Assembly (NCBI GenBank): GCA_963555995.3
Contig: OY821641.1
Span: forward strand, 2,174,867 to 2,238,866
DNA length: 64,000 bases
Direction of reading: 5' to 3'
From: Vicinamibacteria bacterium
GTDB lineage: Bacteria > Acidobacteriota > Vicinamibacteria > Marinacidobacterales > Marinacidobacteraceae
Positions 27,362-36,062 of the stretch are shown one piece after another. Within the stretch, counting starts at the first letter, position 1. Every line of letters begins with the position of its first letter. The notes beneath the pieces were generated by a model. It worked only from the letters and a program-made list of their open reading frames with translations. It was not told the DNA's origin and made no database searches. The translations under genes were made by a program, and so were the position numbers.

Positions 27362-28233
27362 GGCGAGTCCTCGCGCCGGCCTGCATCGCCCAGGTAGGCG
27401 GCGATCACCGCCGGGTCCTTTCGGACCTCCCGCGGACTCCCCTGCGCGATCCGGCGTCCGAAGTCCAGCACCACCACCCGGTCGGCGATGTCCATGACCA
27501 CGTCCATGTCGTGGTCCACGACCACCACGGTGACGCCCTGCTCCTCGTGGACGTCGAGGATGAAGCGCGCCATGGACTCCTTCTCCTCGGCGTTCATCCC
27601 GGCCGTCGGCTCGTCCAGCAGGAGGAGATGCGGATCGAGCGCCAGGGCGCGCGCCATCTCCACCAGCCGCTGGTTCCCGTAGGCCAGACTCCCCACCACC
27701 GCGCTCCTGAGCGGCTCCAGGTGCAGGAAGTCCAGAACCCGCTCCACGTACTTGCGGTGCTCGATCTCCCGCTCGCGCTGGCCGCCCCAGTAGAGGCCGC
27801 CGCTCAGCACGCCGCCGTTCATGTGCACATGGCGGCCCAGCATCAGGTTGTCGAGCACCGTCAGGTGCTTGAAGAGCTCGATGTTCTGGAAGGTGCGCGC
27901 CACCCCCAGCGCCGCGATGCGGTGCGGCGCCAGCCGGTGGAGCGCGTGCCGCGCCCCGTCGCGCCCGGTCAGGGTGATGCTCCCCGCCTGCGGGCGGTAG
28001 AGGCCCGAGACGCAGTTCAGGACGCTCGTCTTCCCGGCGCCGTTGGGCCCGATGACGGCCAGCAGCTCGCCGCCCCGCACGTCCATCGTGAGTCCCGAGA
28101 GCGACGTCACCCCCCCGAACCGGAGAGTGAGATCGGAAAGCTCCAGGAGAGAACCCTCACCGCCCGGTTTCACGGCTTCGTTGCGGCCCACGGGATCGAG
28201 GTGGGTTGTGGCGGACACACCGGTCAGGAACAC
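27358..28233 (-). CDS. Branched-chain-type ABC transporter ATP-binding protein (LivG-like)
   Basis: Walker A GPNGAGKTSVLN, signature-region LAYGNQRLVEMARAL and Walker B LLLLDEPTAGM. The start is uncertain: GTG 28233 is the longest option and lies 4 nt after the vapC stop. Confidence 0.9.
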   Translation of the reverse strand: MFLTGVSATTHLDPVGRNEAVKPGGEGSLLELSDLTLRFGGVTSLSGLTMDVRGGELLAVIGPNGAGKTSVLNCVSGLYRPQAGSITLTGRDGARHALHRLAPHRIAALGVARTFQNIELFKHLTVLDNLMLGRHVHMNGGVLSGGLYWGGQREREIEHRKYVERVLDFLHLEPLRSAVVGSLAYGNQRLVEMARALALDPHLLLLDEPTAGMNAEEKESMARFILDVHEEQGVTVVVVDHDMDVVMDIADRVVVLDFGRRIAQGSPREVRKDPAVIAAYLGDAGRREDSP

Positions 28234-28236
28234 TGC

Positions 28237-28617
28237 CTACGCCGGGAGCACGTCCACCTCGTACTGCCGAATCCGCCGATCCCTCGTCACCAGCGTCAAG
28301 CCTTCCATCCGCGCCTGGGCGATCAGGAACCGGTCGAACGGGTCCCGATGGTGCATCGGCAGAGCCGCCGCCTGCTCGGCCTGCTCGAAGGTCAGCGGCA
28401 GGTGGGTAAACCTCCGCTCTTCAACCGCGGCGGCCAGGTTCCGTGGCGCTCGCAGGTGACCCCTGTCTCGCTTGACGGTGATTTCCCAAGCGGTCACGGC
28501 GCTGACGAAGACGTCGTTCCGTAGATCCACGATCGCAGCCCGAGCAGGTTCCCGCAGCCGTTCCACATCCGACAGCGCCCACACCAGAACGTGCGTGTCC
28601 AGCAGCAGACGCGCCAC
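28237..28617 (-). CDS. vapC: PIN-domain toxin (VapC-like) of a type II toxin-antitoxin system
   Basis: 126 aa. LLDTHVLVW...SAVTAWEI...HRDPFDRFLIAQA...LVTRD carries the PIN acidic residues. Confidence 0.85.
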   Translation of the reverse strand: MARLLLDTHVLVWALSDVERLREPARAAIVDLRNDVFVSAVTAWEITVKRDRGHLRAPRNLAAAVEERRFTHLPLTFEQAEQAAALPMHHRDPFDRFLIAQARMEGLTLVTRDRRIRQYEVDVLPA

Positions 28618-28619
28618 GA

Positions 28620-28871
28620 TCAGTCTTCGTCCGGGAAGATCTTCGAGTTCTCGATGGCTTCTTCGAGTTCCGGGATGGGATCGTCAAAGTTCGGCGACAT
28701 CCAGATCTGGCCCTCATAGCCGCCCAGTTTCCGCTCCCCACGGTGTTCCCGGTAGGGCTCCAATCGAAGATACGGCTCTCCGGCCCGGGCGATCACGACC
28801 TCCTCTCCTTCCCAGGCGAGCCGCCCCAGGCGCGAGAGTTGGGACTTCGCTTCATGCATGTTCACTTTCAT
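28620..28871 (-). CDS. Phd/YefM-type (prevent-host-death family) antitoxin
   Basis: 83 aa from ATG 28871: MKVNMHEAKSQLSRLGRLAWEGEEVVIARAGEPYLRLEPY... It ends 2 nt before the PIN gene start. Confidence 0.8.
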   Translation of the reverse strand: MKVNMHEAKSQLSRLGRLAWEGEEVVIARAGEPYLRLEPYREHRGERKLGGYEGQIWMSPNFDDPIPELEEAIENSKIFPDED

Positions 28872-29139
28872 GGTCTCTCCATGGCTAAGCCAAGCTAAGT
28901 CTTGCATGAGTCGCCGGCCTGGTCAACGAAGACGGCCAGGATGAACGACATGAGCCGGGCCATCCGCCGGCCTTCGTACTGATCCCGCACCGGGGCCAAC
29001 TCCCGCGTACGCGGCGCCGGCGCCGCCGCGGGTCGGCTCATGCCCGGCGCCGGTCCACCGGTAGGGTCCCGCTCGCCGTCATCGGGGCCTCCGTCAACCC
29101 ATCCCTCGCGAGGACGCGGCCCCGTTCCCGAGCGGCGTC

Positions 29140-30030
29140 TCAGCGGAAGCGAAGACGGTTGTTCGGAGCTTTTTCCACTCGCTCGTAGATGGCCAGCGCT
29201 TCCGGCAGCGCCTCCCAGAGGTCCTCTGCCCGGGTGTCGTGCGACGGATGGGTGGAGAGGAACTCCGGCCTCCGCCCTTCGGACAGGGCCTCCATGCGCT
29301 CCCAGAAGGCGACCGCCTCCCGCGGGTCGTACCCCGCCTCGGCGGCGAGCAGGAGCCCGATGTAGTCCGCCTCCGACTCGTGGAGCCGGCTGAACGGGAG
29401 CGACACCGTCAGTCCGAAGGCGATCCCCGCCAACGCCCGGGCCTCCGGGGTCACCCCGAGCGCTTCACTGACCACCGCGGTCCCCACGGACATCGAGAGC
29501 TGCCGGCTCATCCGCTCGGACCCGTGGCGCGCCAGCGCGTGCGCCACCTCGTGGCCCATCACGACCGCCAGCCCCGCCTCCGTCTGCGCCACCGGGAACA
29601 TCCCGGTGTAAATGCCGATCTGGCCGCCCGGCAGCGCCCAGGCGTTGCGCACCCGGGAGTTGCGGATCACCGTGTAGTTCCACTCGAAGCGCTCGGCGCG
29701 GGCGGCATACGGGGACTCGAGGGCCGCCTGGACGATCCGCTCGCCCACCCGCCGCACCGGAGCGGTCTCCCACGGGAACCACGAGACTCGCGCATCCGAA
29801 TCCTCCATGTGCGCTTCGAAGGCGGCCTGGCCCAGCGAGACTTCGAAGGACTCCGGCAACAGCAGCAACTGCGACCGCCCGGTGTAGGGGTTCGTGGAGC
29901 AGCCCACCACCGCCAGTCCGACCGCCAGGGCGACGGCCGTCGCCCGCGATGGTCCCGCCGGACGCCTGCCCGCAGCGTCACAGCCCCTCACGCGCACGGA
30001 CGCGCCTCCGTCATTCGGCGCCCGCCGCAC
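29140..30030 (-). CDS. M48-family zinc metalloprotease (lipoprotein)
   Basis: HEVAHALARH (HExxH), a downstream SRLHESEADYIG block and a lipobox-like LAVGLAVVGCS. GTG start at 30030. Confidence 0.85.
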   Translation of the reverse strand: MRRAPNDGGASVRVRGCDAAGRRPAGPSRATAVALAVGLAVVGCSTNPYTGRSQLLLLPESFEVSLGQAAFEAHMEDSDARVSWFPWETAPVRRVGERIVQAALESPYAARAERFEWNYTVIRNSRVRNAWALPGGQIGIYTGMFPVAQTEAGLAVVMGHEVAHALARHGSERMSRQLSMSVGTAVVSEALGVTPEARALAGIAFGLTVSLPFSRLHESEADYIGLLLAAEAGYDPREAVAFWERMEALSEGRRPEFLSTHPSHDTRAEDLWEALPEALAIYERVEKAPNNRLRFR

Positions 30031-30157
30031 GCCGCGAATCTCATCGAACCGTCGGATGGACTCCTTCTACCGGCTACCAAAATGAATGTTGTCAACCTCG
30101 TCCCAAGTATAAGGCGGGCTTCCCGCCGCCTCGCTCGTCCTGCCCCCGGCGCGATCA

Positions 30158-30327
30158 GCTTGGAGCGCCGGCTTCAGCCGGCACGCACTGCGCAACAGCG
30201 CAGCGCCCGGCAAGACGCCGACCGGCGCGACGGCGCTCCCCGCTCGGTGCCGCGCCGCGAACAGCGACACGAAATCCGCGGGCCTTCGGCCCGCTGTGCC
30301 GCTCTGAAGAGCGGCGTTCCCAGCCGC
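30158..30327 (+). repeat. Composite REP element core (reverse module, spacer, forward module)
   Basis: CTTGGAGCGCCGGCTTCAGCCGGCAC GCACTGCGC..GCGCAGCGC ... GCGGGCCTTCGGCCCGC TGTGCCGCTCTGAAGAGCGGCGTTCCCAGCCG. The forward half is nearly identical to the array units. Confidence 0.85.
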
Positions 30328-30388
30328 TTTCGTCTGAGAAGAAGACGAGCCCCACGGCATACCCGGCTCGGAGCGACAACCGAAGCCT

Positions 30389-31723
30389 TTACCTCTCCCT
30401 CTCCGGGCGTGCCCGGTACTTCTCGTAGAGGCTCTGGTGGCGGTTGTCGAGGGACACCGGCACGCCGTTCACGAAGACGTGTTCCACCTGGGTGCGGATC
30501 TCCAGGGGGTCGCCGTTCACCACGATGAGGTTGGCGACCTTCCCCTCTTCAAGGGTTCCGAAGTCCTCCGCCAGCCCGAAGAGCTGCGCGGGAACCACGG
30601 TGATCGCCCGAATCGCGGCCTCCTGCGGGAGCCCGTAGCCCACCGCGTGCCCCGCTTCGTAGGGCAGGAGCCGCGAGTTCGAGGATCCGAAGGTGGCGAA
30701 GGCGACCGTCAATCCCGCTTCGTGGAGCTCCCCCGGGGTCGTGAACGGCTTGTCGTAGGGCTCGTCCTCCTCACCCGGGAGCCGCTGGGTCGGCCCCAGG
30801 ATCACCGGGACCCCGTGCTCGACGAGGAGTTCCTTCACCTTCCAGGCCTCGCTCCCACCCAGCAGGATCATCTTGACCCCCTGCTCCGTCGTGAACTCGA
30901 CTGCTCCCCGGATCTCGCGCTCGCTCTGGGCCAGGATCAGCAGGGGCATCTCCCCCGCGACCACGGGTCCGAGCGCCGCCAGCCGGATGTCGCGCTGCCG
31001 GGCTCCGGCCTCGCCGGCCGCCGCGTAGCGGCGCGCCGCATCGAGCACCTCGCCCAGTTCGGCGACCTGACGGTCGTACTCCTCCCGCGCCTCGCGGAAG
31101 GAACGTCGCTCCGCCCGGAAGGTCGCGGGATTGAACGACCGCGTCGAGAGCGTCGGCCAGGTCAGCACCATGCCGGCCGAGGCGTTGATGTCCATCTCCT
31201 CCACCGTCCAGCCGTCGAGGTGGACGATGGACGCCTGCCCGCTGATCCCGGCGCCCCCGCCGCCGAAGCCGCCCAACCGGCCGGGCGCCACCACCGCGTG
31301 GGTAATTCCGTTGGCGCGCGCCACCGGCAGGTGCTCGCTCGAGGGATGGATCGCGGTGGCCGCTCGCAGGTGGGGGTTCATCTCCCCCAGTTCCACCGTG
31401 TCCACGGTGGCGCTGATGGAGCCGATCTCGGTGAGGCCGAGCTGGCTCACCGAATCCATCATCCCCGGATAGACGTCCATCCCCGCGGCATCAATCACGG
31501 CGGCGCCGGCGGGCGCCGTAACGTCAGCCCCGATCTCGACGATGCGGCCGTCGCGGATCAGGATGGAACCCGACTCGATGGGCTCGGCTCCCTCGGCGAG
31601 CGTGTGGATGCGGGCGTTCGTGATGACCCACGACTCCTCTTCCTGCGCCGTCGCGAACGCGGAGGCGCCGGTCAGCGCCAGCGCGAGCGCGAGCGCGAGG
31701 GCGTTCTTCGCCAGCCGGGTCAT
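30389..31723 (-). CDS. Amidohydrolase-family protein lacking the HxH metal motif (secreted)
   Basis: 444 aa with signal peptide MTRLAKNALALALALALTGASAFA. The position equivalent to PG.ID.H.H reads YPGMMDSVSQLGL. An ATGA overlap links it to the upstream paralog. Confidence 0.8.
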   Translation of the reverse strand: MTRLAKNALALALALALTGASAFATAQEEESWVITNARIHTLAEGAEPIESGSILIRDGRIVEIGADVTAPAGAAVIDAAGMDVYPGMMDSVSQLGLTEIGSISATVDTVELGEMNPHLRAATAIHPSSEHLPVARANGITHAVVAPGRLGGFGGGGAGISGQASIVHLDGWTVEEMDINASAGMVLTWPTLSTRSFNPATFRAERRSFREAREEYDRQVAELGEVLDAARRYAAAGEAGARQRDIRLAALGPVVAGEMPLLILAQSEREIRGAVEFTTEQGVKMILLGGSEAWKVKELLVEHGVPVILGPTQRLPGEEDEPYDKPFTTPGELHEAGLTVAFATFGSSNSRLLPYEAGHAVGYGLPQEAAIRAITVVPAQLFGLAEDFGTLEEGKVANLIVVNGDPLEIRTQVEHVFVNGVPVSLDNRHQSLYEKYRARPERER

Positions 31724-33084
31724 CGCCGGACTCCTTCTCGCGGTCCCCCGCGTCTGCCCGGGCCGCGCCCGGCGTCGTCCCCCTCGGAGAGCTTCTCCTC
31801 GAGTTCGGCACGTTCGGCGGCCATGGCCTCCCGCATCGCGAGGTCCTTGTCGCGGCTGAAGAGCATCTCTCCGTCCACGAAGGTCATCTGGTTCACCGCG
31901 TAGGTGCTCAGCGGATGCCGGTCGAAGATGGCGAGATCGGCGTCCTTCCCGGCTTCGATGGAACCCACCTTGTCAGCGATGCCGAGCTGGATCGCCGCAT
32001 TGATGGTGATCATCTTGAGCGCCTCCTCCTCGCTCATCCCGCCCCACTTCACCGTCTTGGCGGCCTCCTGGTTCAGGTGGCGCGCCTCCTCGGCGCTGTC
32101 CGAGTTGATGGAGACGAGGATGCCCCGCTCGGTCATGAGGGCCGCGTTGTGGGGAATCGCGTCATACGCCTCCACCTTGTAGGCCCACCAGTCGGAGAAC
32201 GTGGACGCCCCCGCCCCGTGGGCGGCGATCTCGTTCGCGACCTTGTAGCCCTCGAGCACGTGCTGGAGGGTGGCGATCCGGACGCCGAACTCCTCGGCGA
32301 CCCGCAGGAGCTGCAGGATCTCGTCCTGCCGGTAGCAGTGCGCGTGGACCAGCCGCGTCCCTTCGAGGACCTCGACCAGCGGTTCCAGCTTCATGTCCCG
32401 CCGCGGCGGCAGCACCCGCTCCCCCCGGGCCTTCGCCGCCTCGTAATCGCTGAACTCGTGGCGGTAGGCCTCCGCCTCGATGAACGCCTGCCGGATCACG
32501 TCCTGGACTCCCATCCGGGTGGCCGGATAGCGCCGCTCGACGCCGGCCGGCATCCCGCGGGACCGCTTGGGGTTCTCGCCGAGGGCGAACTTGATTCCCG
32601 GAGGGGCGCCCTCGAAGACCAACCCGGCGGCGTCCGCGCCCCAGCGGTGCTTGATGATCACGTTGAGGCCGCCGATCGGGTTGGCGCTGCCGTGGAGGAT
32701 GTTGGAGGTGGTGACCCCGCCGGCGAGCTCCCGGTAGATGTTGACGTCGTACGGGTCCACCACGTCGCCCGTCCCGGTCATCGAGGACACCGCGACGGTG
32801 CCCTCGTTGATGGACTCGGCGGCGATGTGCGAATGGGCGTCAATGATCCCGGGCATCACGAACATCCCCGTGGCATCAATCACCGTGGCGCCATCGGGAA
32901 CGGTGACGCTGGCCCCAACCTCGGCGATCTGTCCGTCGCGAATCAGGACGTCTCCCGGCGAGAGCGTCCCCTCGGTCACGGTGAGCACCGTGCCGCCCCG
33001 GATCACGGTGTCCTGGGCGAAGGCGAGCGGCGCTCCGAGCAGGGCCGCCGCCACAAACAGCTTCGAGTGTCGCATCGTTCTCAT
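31720..33084 (-). CDS. Amidohydrolase (metal-dependent hydrolase, HxH motif intact), secreted
   Basis: 454 aa. MPGIIDAHSHIAAE has an intact HxH motif. Signal peptide MRTMRHSKLFVAAALLGAPLAFA. Confidence 0.85.
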   Translation of the reverse strand: MRTMRHSKLFVAAALLGAPLAFAQDTVIRGGTVLTVTEGTLSPGDVLIRDGQIAEVGASVTVPDGATVIDATGMFVMPGIIDAHSHIAAESINEGTVAVSSMTGTGDVVDPYDVNIYRELAGGVTTSNILHGSANPIGGLNVIIKHRWGADAAGLVFEGAPPGIKFALGENPKRSRGMPAGVERRYPATRMGVQDVIRQAFIEAEAYRHEFSDYEAAKARGERVLPPRRDMKLEPLVEVLEGTRLVHAHCYRQDEILQLLRVAEEFGVRIATLQHVLEGYKVANEIAAHGAGASTFSDWWAYKVEAYDAIPHNAALMTERGILVSINSDSAEEARHLNQEAAKTVKWGGMSEEEALKMITINAAIQLGIADKVGSIEAGKDADLAIFDRHPLSTYAVNQMTFVDGEMLFSRDKDLAMREAMAAERAELEEKLSEGDDAGRGPGRRGGPREGVRR

Positions 33085-34532
33085 CCTTCGTCCCTCGGGG
33101 TTTCCTCCCCGTCCGTTTCCTCTTCGCCGTCGGCGTCCACCCGGTGGATCACCCCGTCCACGAAGACCGTCTCGACCTTCGCTCCGTCCTCGAAGATGTC
33201 CTGGTCGCTGATCACCAGGTTGGCGATCCGCCCCGCCTGGAGCGTTCCCACCCGGTCCGCGACCCCGAAGATCTCGGCCGGGGCCATGGTGAGCGCGGTG
33301 AGCGCCGCCTCCCGGTCGAGGCCCCGTTCGACCGCCTGCCGGACGGCCGTCAGATCGTCACCGGAACCCCCGCGTCCGCCCGCGGGTCCTCCCCGCCGGC
33401 CCGGCGGACCTCCGCCGGATCGCGGCGCCTCACCCCTGTAGAAGGCGAACCGCACGCCCGCCGCCGCGAGGGCCGCGGGACCGGCGGGCGCCCGGTCCCG
33501 GAGGCGCAGCGTGCGGAGCGGCGCCTGGGCGTCGGGGTCCGCGTCGGGATCGGCCTTCGGCCAGTTGAGGTCCACCAGGATGGGGACGCCGTGTTCCGCC
33601 AGGAACGCCGCCGACTCCGTGGCTTCGTGCCCGCCGTAGAGCACCGGCCGGATGCCGAACTCCCGGGCGAGACCCACCATCCGGCGGACCTCCTTGTCGA
33701 GGGCGGCCGGCAGGAGCACCGCCTGCTGGCCCGCGGCGGCGGGCACGAGCGGCGCGAGCGAGCGGTCATAACGCGGCCGCGCCAGGCCCGCCGGATCCTC
33801 CTCGTACATCCGCCAGATCTCGGCATAATGGGAGGCGTCCATGAAGAGCTGCCGCAGGTAGGCGAGCACTCCCATCATGGAACCGGGGAAGGAACGGAAC
33901 CCGCGGGTCTCGAGCCGGACCATCACCGCCACGTCCGGATCGAGCACCAGGTCCCGGGCGTCGTCCGCCGCGAGGTTCAGGAACGCGGCCCGGCCCCCGA
34001 CGATCCCGCCGCGGGGGGCGGTGACCGCGGAGGTGAATCCGGCGCGCCGGCGCGCGGCCATCCGGTTGTCGTCCGCCTGGAGGTCATCCGCAGCGAGCCG
34101 CCAGGAGAAGGTGTCCGGACGGTCCTCCGGTCCGCGCGACGGCGGCGGCGGGGTCGGGCGCCCTCCGGCCCCGGCCGCCTGCCTGCCCTGGGGAGCGGCC
34201 GTCCCGAGGCCCAGATCGCTCAGCGCGGTGATGAATCCCGGATAGACGTGCTTCCCCGCCGCATCGAGCCGACCCGTTCCGGCGGGCGCGTCGCTCCCCG
34301 CCTCGACCGAAACGATCAGCCCGTCCCGGATCACCACGGTGGCTTCGTCGAGCACGGTCCCGTTCCCAACGTGGACCATGCCACCGGTGATCGCCCAGTC
34401 ACGCGGGCCGGCGTCGGCCACCGCGCGGGAGGAGAGCTGGGCGGCGACGCTTGACGCCACCGCCACACCCAGCAGCACCGCGAACGGTGCGACAAGGCGG
34501 CGGCAGCGCCGCGGAGGACTTCGTCTCGGCAT
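33081..34532 (-). CDS. Amidohydrolase-family protein lacking the HxH metal motif (secreted)
   Basis: Start at ATG 34532 (MPRRSPPRRCRRLVAPFAVLLGVAVASSVAA). The equivalent motif reads YPGFITALSDLGL. It contains a Pro/Gly-rich insertion. Confidence 0.75.
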   Translation of the reverse strand: MPRRSPPRRCRRLVAPFAVLLGVAVASSVAAQLSSRAVADAGPRDWAITGGMVHVGNGTVLDEATVVIRDGLIVSVEAGSDAPAGTGRLDAAGKHVYPGFITALSDLGLGTAAPQGRQAAGAGGRPTPPPPSRGPEDRPDTFSWRLAADDLQADDNRMAARRRAGFTSAVTAPRGGIVGGRAAFLNLAADDARDLVLDPDVAVMVRLETRGFRSFPGSMMGVLAYLRQLFMDASHYAEIWRMYEEDPAGLARPRYDRSLAPLVPAAAGQQAVLLPAALDKEVRRMVGLAREFGIRPVLYGGHEATESAAFLAEHGVPILVDLNWPKADPDADPDAQAPLRTLRLRDRAPAGPAALAAAGVRFAFYRGEAPRSGGGPPGRRGGPAGGRGGSGDDLTAVRQAVERGLDREAALTALTMAPAEIFGVADRVGTLQAGRIANLVISDQDIFEDGAKVETVFVDGVIHRVDADGEEETDGEETPRDEG

Positions 34533-34617
34533 GGCGGCGAGTCTGTCCGAGCGGTGCGCAGCGGTCAACCGGGCGTCGCGTGCCAACCGCATCGGGTCAT
34601 CGTGACGATTGGTACTG

Positions 34618-34662
34618 TCGGTGGTTCCGTTAAATTTGCGGTAAATTTAACGGAACCACCGA
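34618..34662. promoter_or_regulatory. Perfect 20-bp inverted repeat with 5-nt spacer (putative operator overlapping a sigma70-like promoter)
   Basis: TCGGTGGTTCCGTTAAATTT-GCGGT-AAATTTAACGGAACCACCGA ends 4 nt before ATG 34667. TTGGTA (34609-34614)-N16-TAAATT (34631-36) is a plausible -35/-10 pair inside or overlapping the left arm. It is the most AT-rich spot in this divergent 134-bp intergenic region. Confidence 0.5.
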
Positions 34663-34666
34663 CACC

Positions 34667-35854
34667 ATGTATCCCCGTCTCCTCCCCCTGCCCCGACAGA
34701 GCTTCTTCCTGTTCGGGCCTCGGGGAACCGGCAAGTCCGTGTGGCTCTCCCAAGTGCTCCCCGACGCCGGGCTGACGGTGGATCTGCTGCGGTCCAGCGA
34801 ATACCTGCGCTACCGGCGGGACGCGTCGCTGCTGGCGCGCGAAGTCGCCGCGCTGGCGCCGGGGGGGTGGGTCGTCATTGACGAGATCCAGAAGCTCCCC
34901 GCATTGCTCGATGAAGTCCACGCGCTGCTCTTCGCCGGAGAGGGCGGACACCGGTTCGCGCTCTCCGGTTCCAGCGCCCGCAAACTGAAGCGGTCCGGGG
35001 CGAACATGCTGGCGGGCCGGGCGTGGTCGAAGCGGATGTTCCCGCTGAGCTCGTTGGAGATGGGCGGGGATTTCCGACTGGAGGAGGCGCTTCGCTACGG
35101 GCAGCTCCCGCTGTCGGTCGCCGCCGGGGCCGCGTCCGACCGGGCGGAGTTCCTGGACGCCTACGTCGAGACCTATCTGCGCGAGGAGATCTGGCAAGAG
35201 GCGTTCGTCCGGAATCTGGATGGCTTCTACCGGTTCCTCACGGTCGCGGCGCTCTACAACGGGCAGGTTCTGAACGTCAGCAACATCGCGCGGGAGGCGG
35301 GGATCGCCCGCTCGACGGTGCTCGGGTACTTCGGCATTCTCGAGGACACGCTGGTGGGCTGGCGGCTGCCCGCGTGGCGGAAGCGGGCCAAGGTGAAGGA
35401 GGTCGCACACCCCAAGTTCTACCTGTTCGACTGTGGGGTACAGCGGGCGCTGGCGGGCCTCCAGCGGGACAAGCCTTCGAGCGCGGAGCGGGGCGCGCTG
35501 TTCGAGACCTGGGTGCTGAACGAGTTGCGCGCGCTGAACTCCTGGGGATCTCAGGGCGCCCGGTTCTTCTATTGGCGGACCGAGTCCGGCACGGAGGTGG
35601 ACCTGATCTGGCAGCGCGGCGCGCGGGCGGCCGGCATCGAGATCAAGGCGTCCACGCACTGGAAGGAGTCCTGGAACCGCGGGCTACGGACGCTGTTGGA
35701 AGCGGGCGACATCGAAGTGGCATTCGGCATCTACGGCGGGGCGCGGGAACTCCGGTTCGGGGAAATCCGGGTGCTGCCGCACCGCGCGGCGCTGCAGCTC
35801 GCGTGGGCGCGTGGATTCCTGGAGGAGGACGTCGCCGGCCACGTCACGGGATGA
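34667..35854 (+). CDS. AAA+ ATPase with DUF4143 C-terminal domain (AAA_14/DUF4143 family)
   Basis: 395 aa. Walker A FLFGPRGTGKSV and Walker B GWVVIDEIQKLP. The later block FYWRTESGTEVDLI is typical of DUF4143. Confidence 0.85.
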   Translation: MYPRLLPLPRQSFFLFGPRGTGKSVWLSQVLPDAGLTVDLLRSSEYLRYRRDASLLAREVAALAPGGWVVIDEIQKLPALLDEVHALLFAGEGGHRFALSGSSARKLKRSGANMLAGRAWSKRMFPLSSLEMGGDFRLEEALRYGQLPLSVAAGAASDRAEFLDAYVETYLREEIWQEAFVRNLDGFYRFLTVAALYNGQVLNVSNIAREAGIARSTVLGYFGILEDTLVGWRLPAWRKRAKVKEVAHPKFYLFDCGVQRALAGLQRDKPSSAERGALFETWVLNELRALNSWGSQGARFFYWRTESGTEVDLIWQRGARAAGIEIKASTHWKESWNRGLRTLLEAGDIEVAFGIYGGARELRFGEIRVLPHRAALQLAWARGFLEEDVAGHVTG

Positions 35855-35973
35855 GCCGGCCCGCAGGGGCGGGAGTCCTGGCGTTGGTTCCGGGCCGGCG
35901 GGCGGAGCCGGTAGCCCGAGGGCCTGCTTCCTTCGGGGTGCGCGTCATCGAGGCTTGGAAGCGGTGGGAGTTT

Positions 35974-36022
35974 CGCCAGCCTCCGGCTGGCGGTGCCGGT
36001 CTGAAGACCGGCGCTCCTGCCG
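35974..36022 (+). repeat. REP-like double-hairpin module (forward)
   Basis: CGCCAGC-CTCCG-GCTGGCG followed by GTGCCGGTC-TGAA-GACCGGCGCTCC. Confidence 0.75.
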
Positions 36023-36062
36023 GCGCTCCCTGCCTCCTCGTGCGTAACATTCCCGGCGTTCC

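Noticed and set aside
28895-29041. A 48-aa minus-strand ORF (MSRPAAAPAPRTRELAPVRDQYEGRRMARLMSFILAVFVDQAGDSCKT) upstream of the antitoxin gene.
   Set aside because: It is too short, has no recognisable motif or ribosome-binding site, and could arise by chance at this GC content.
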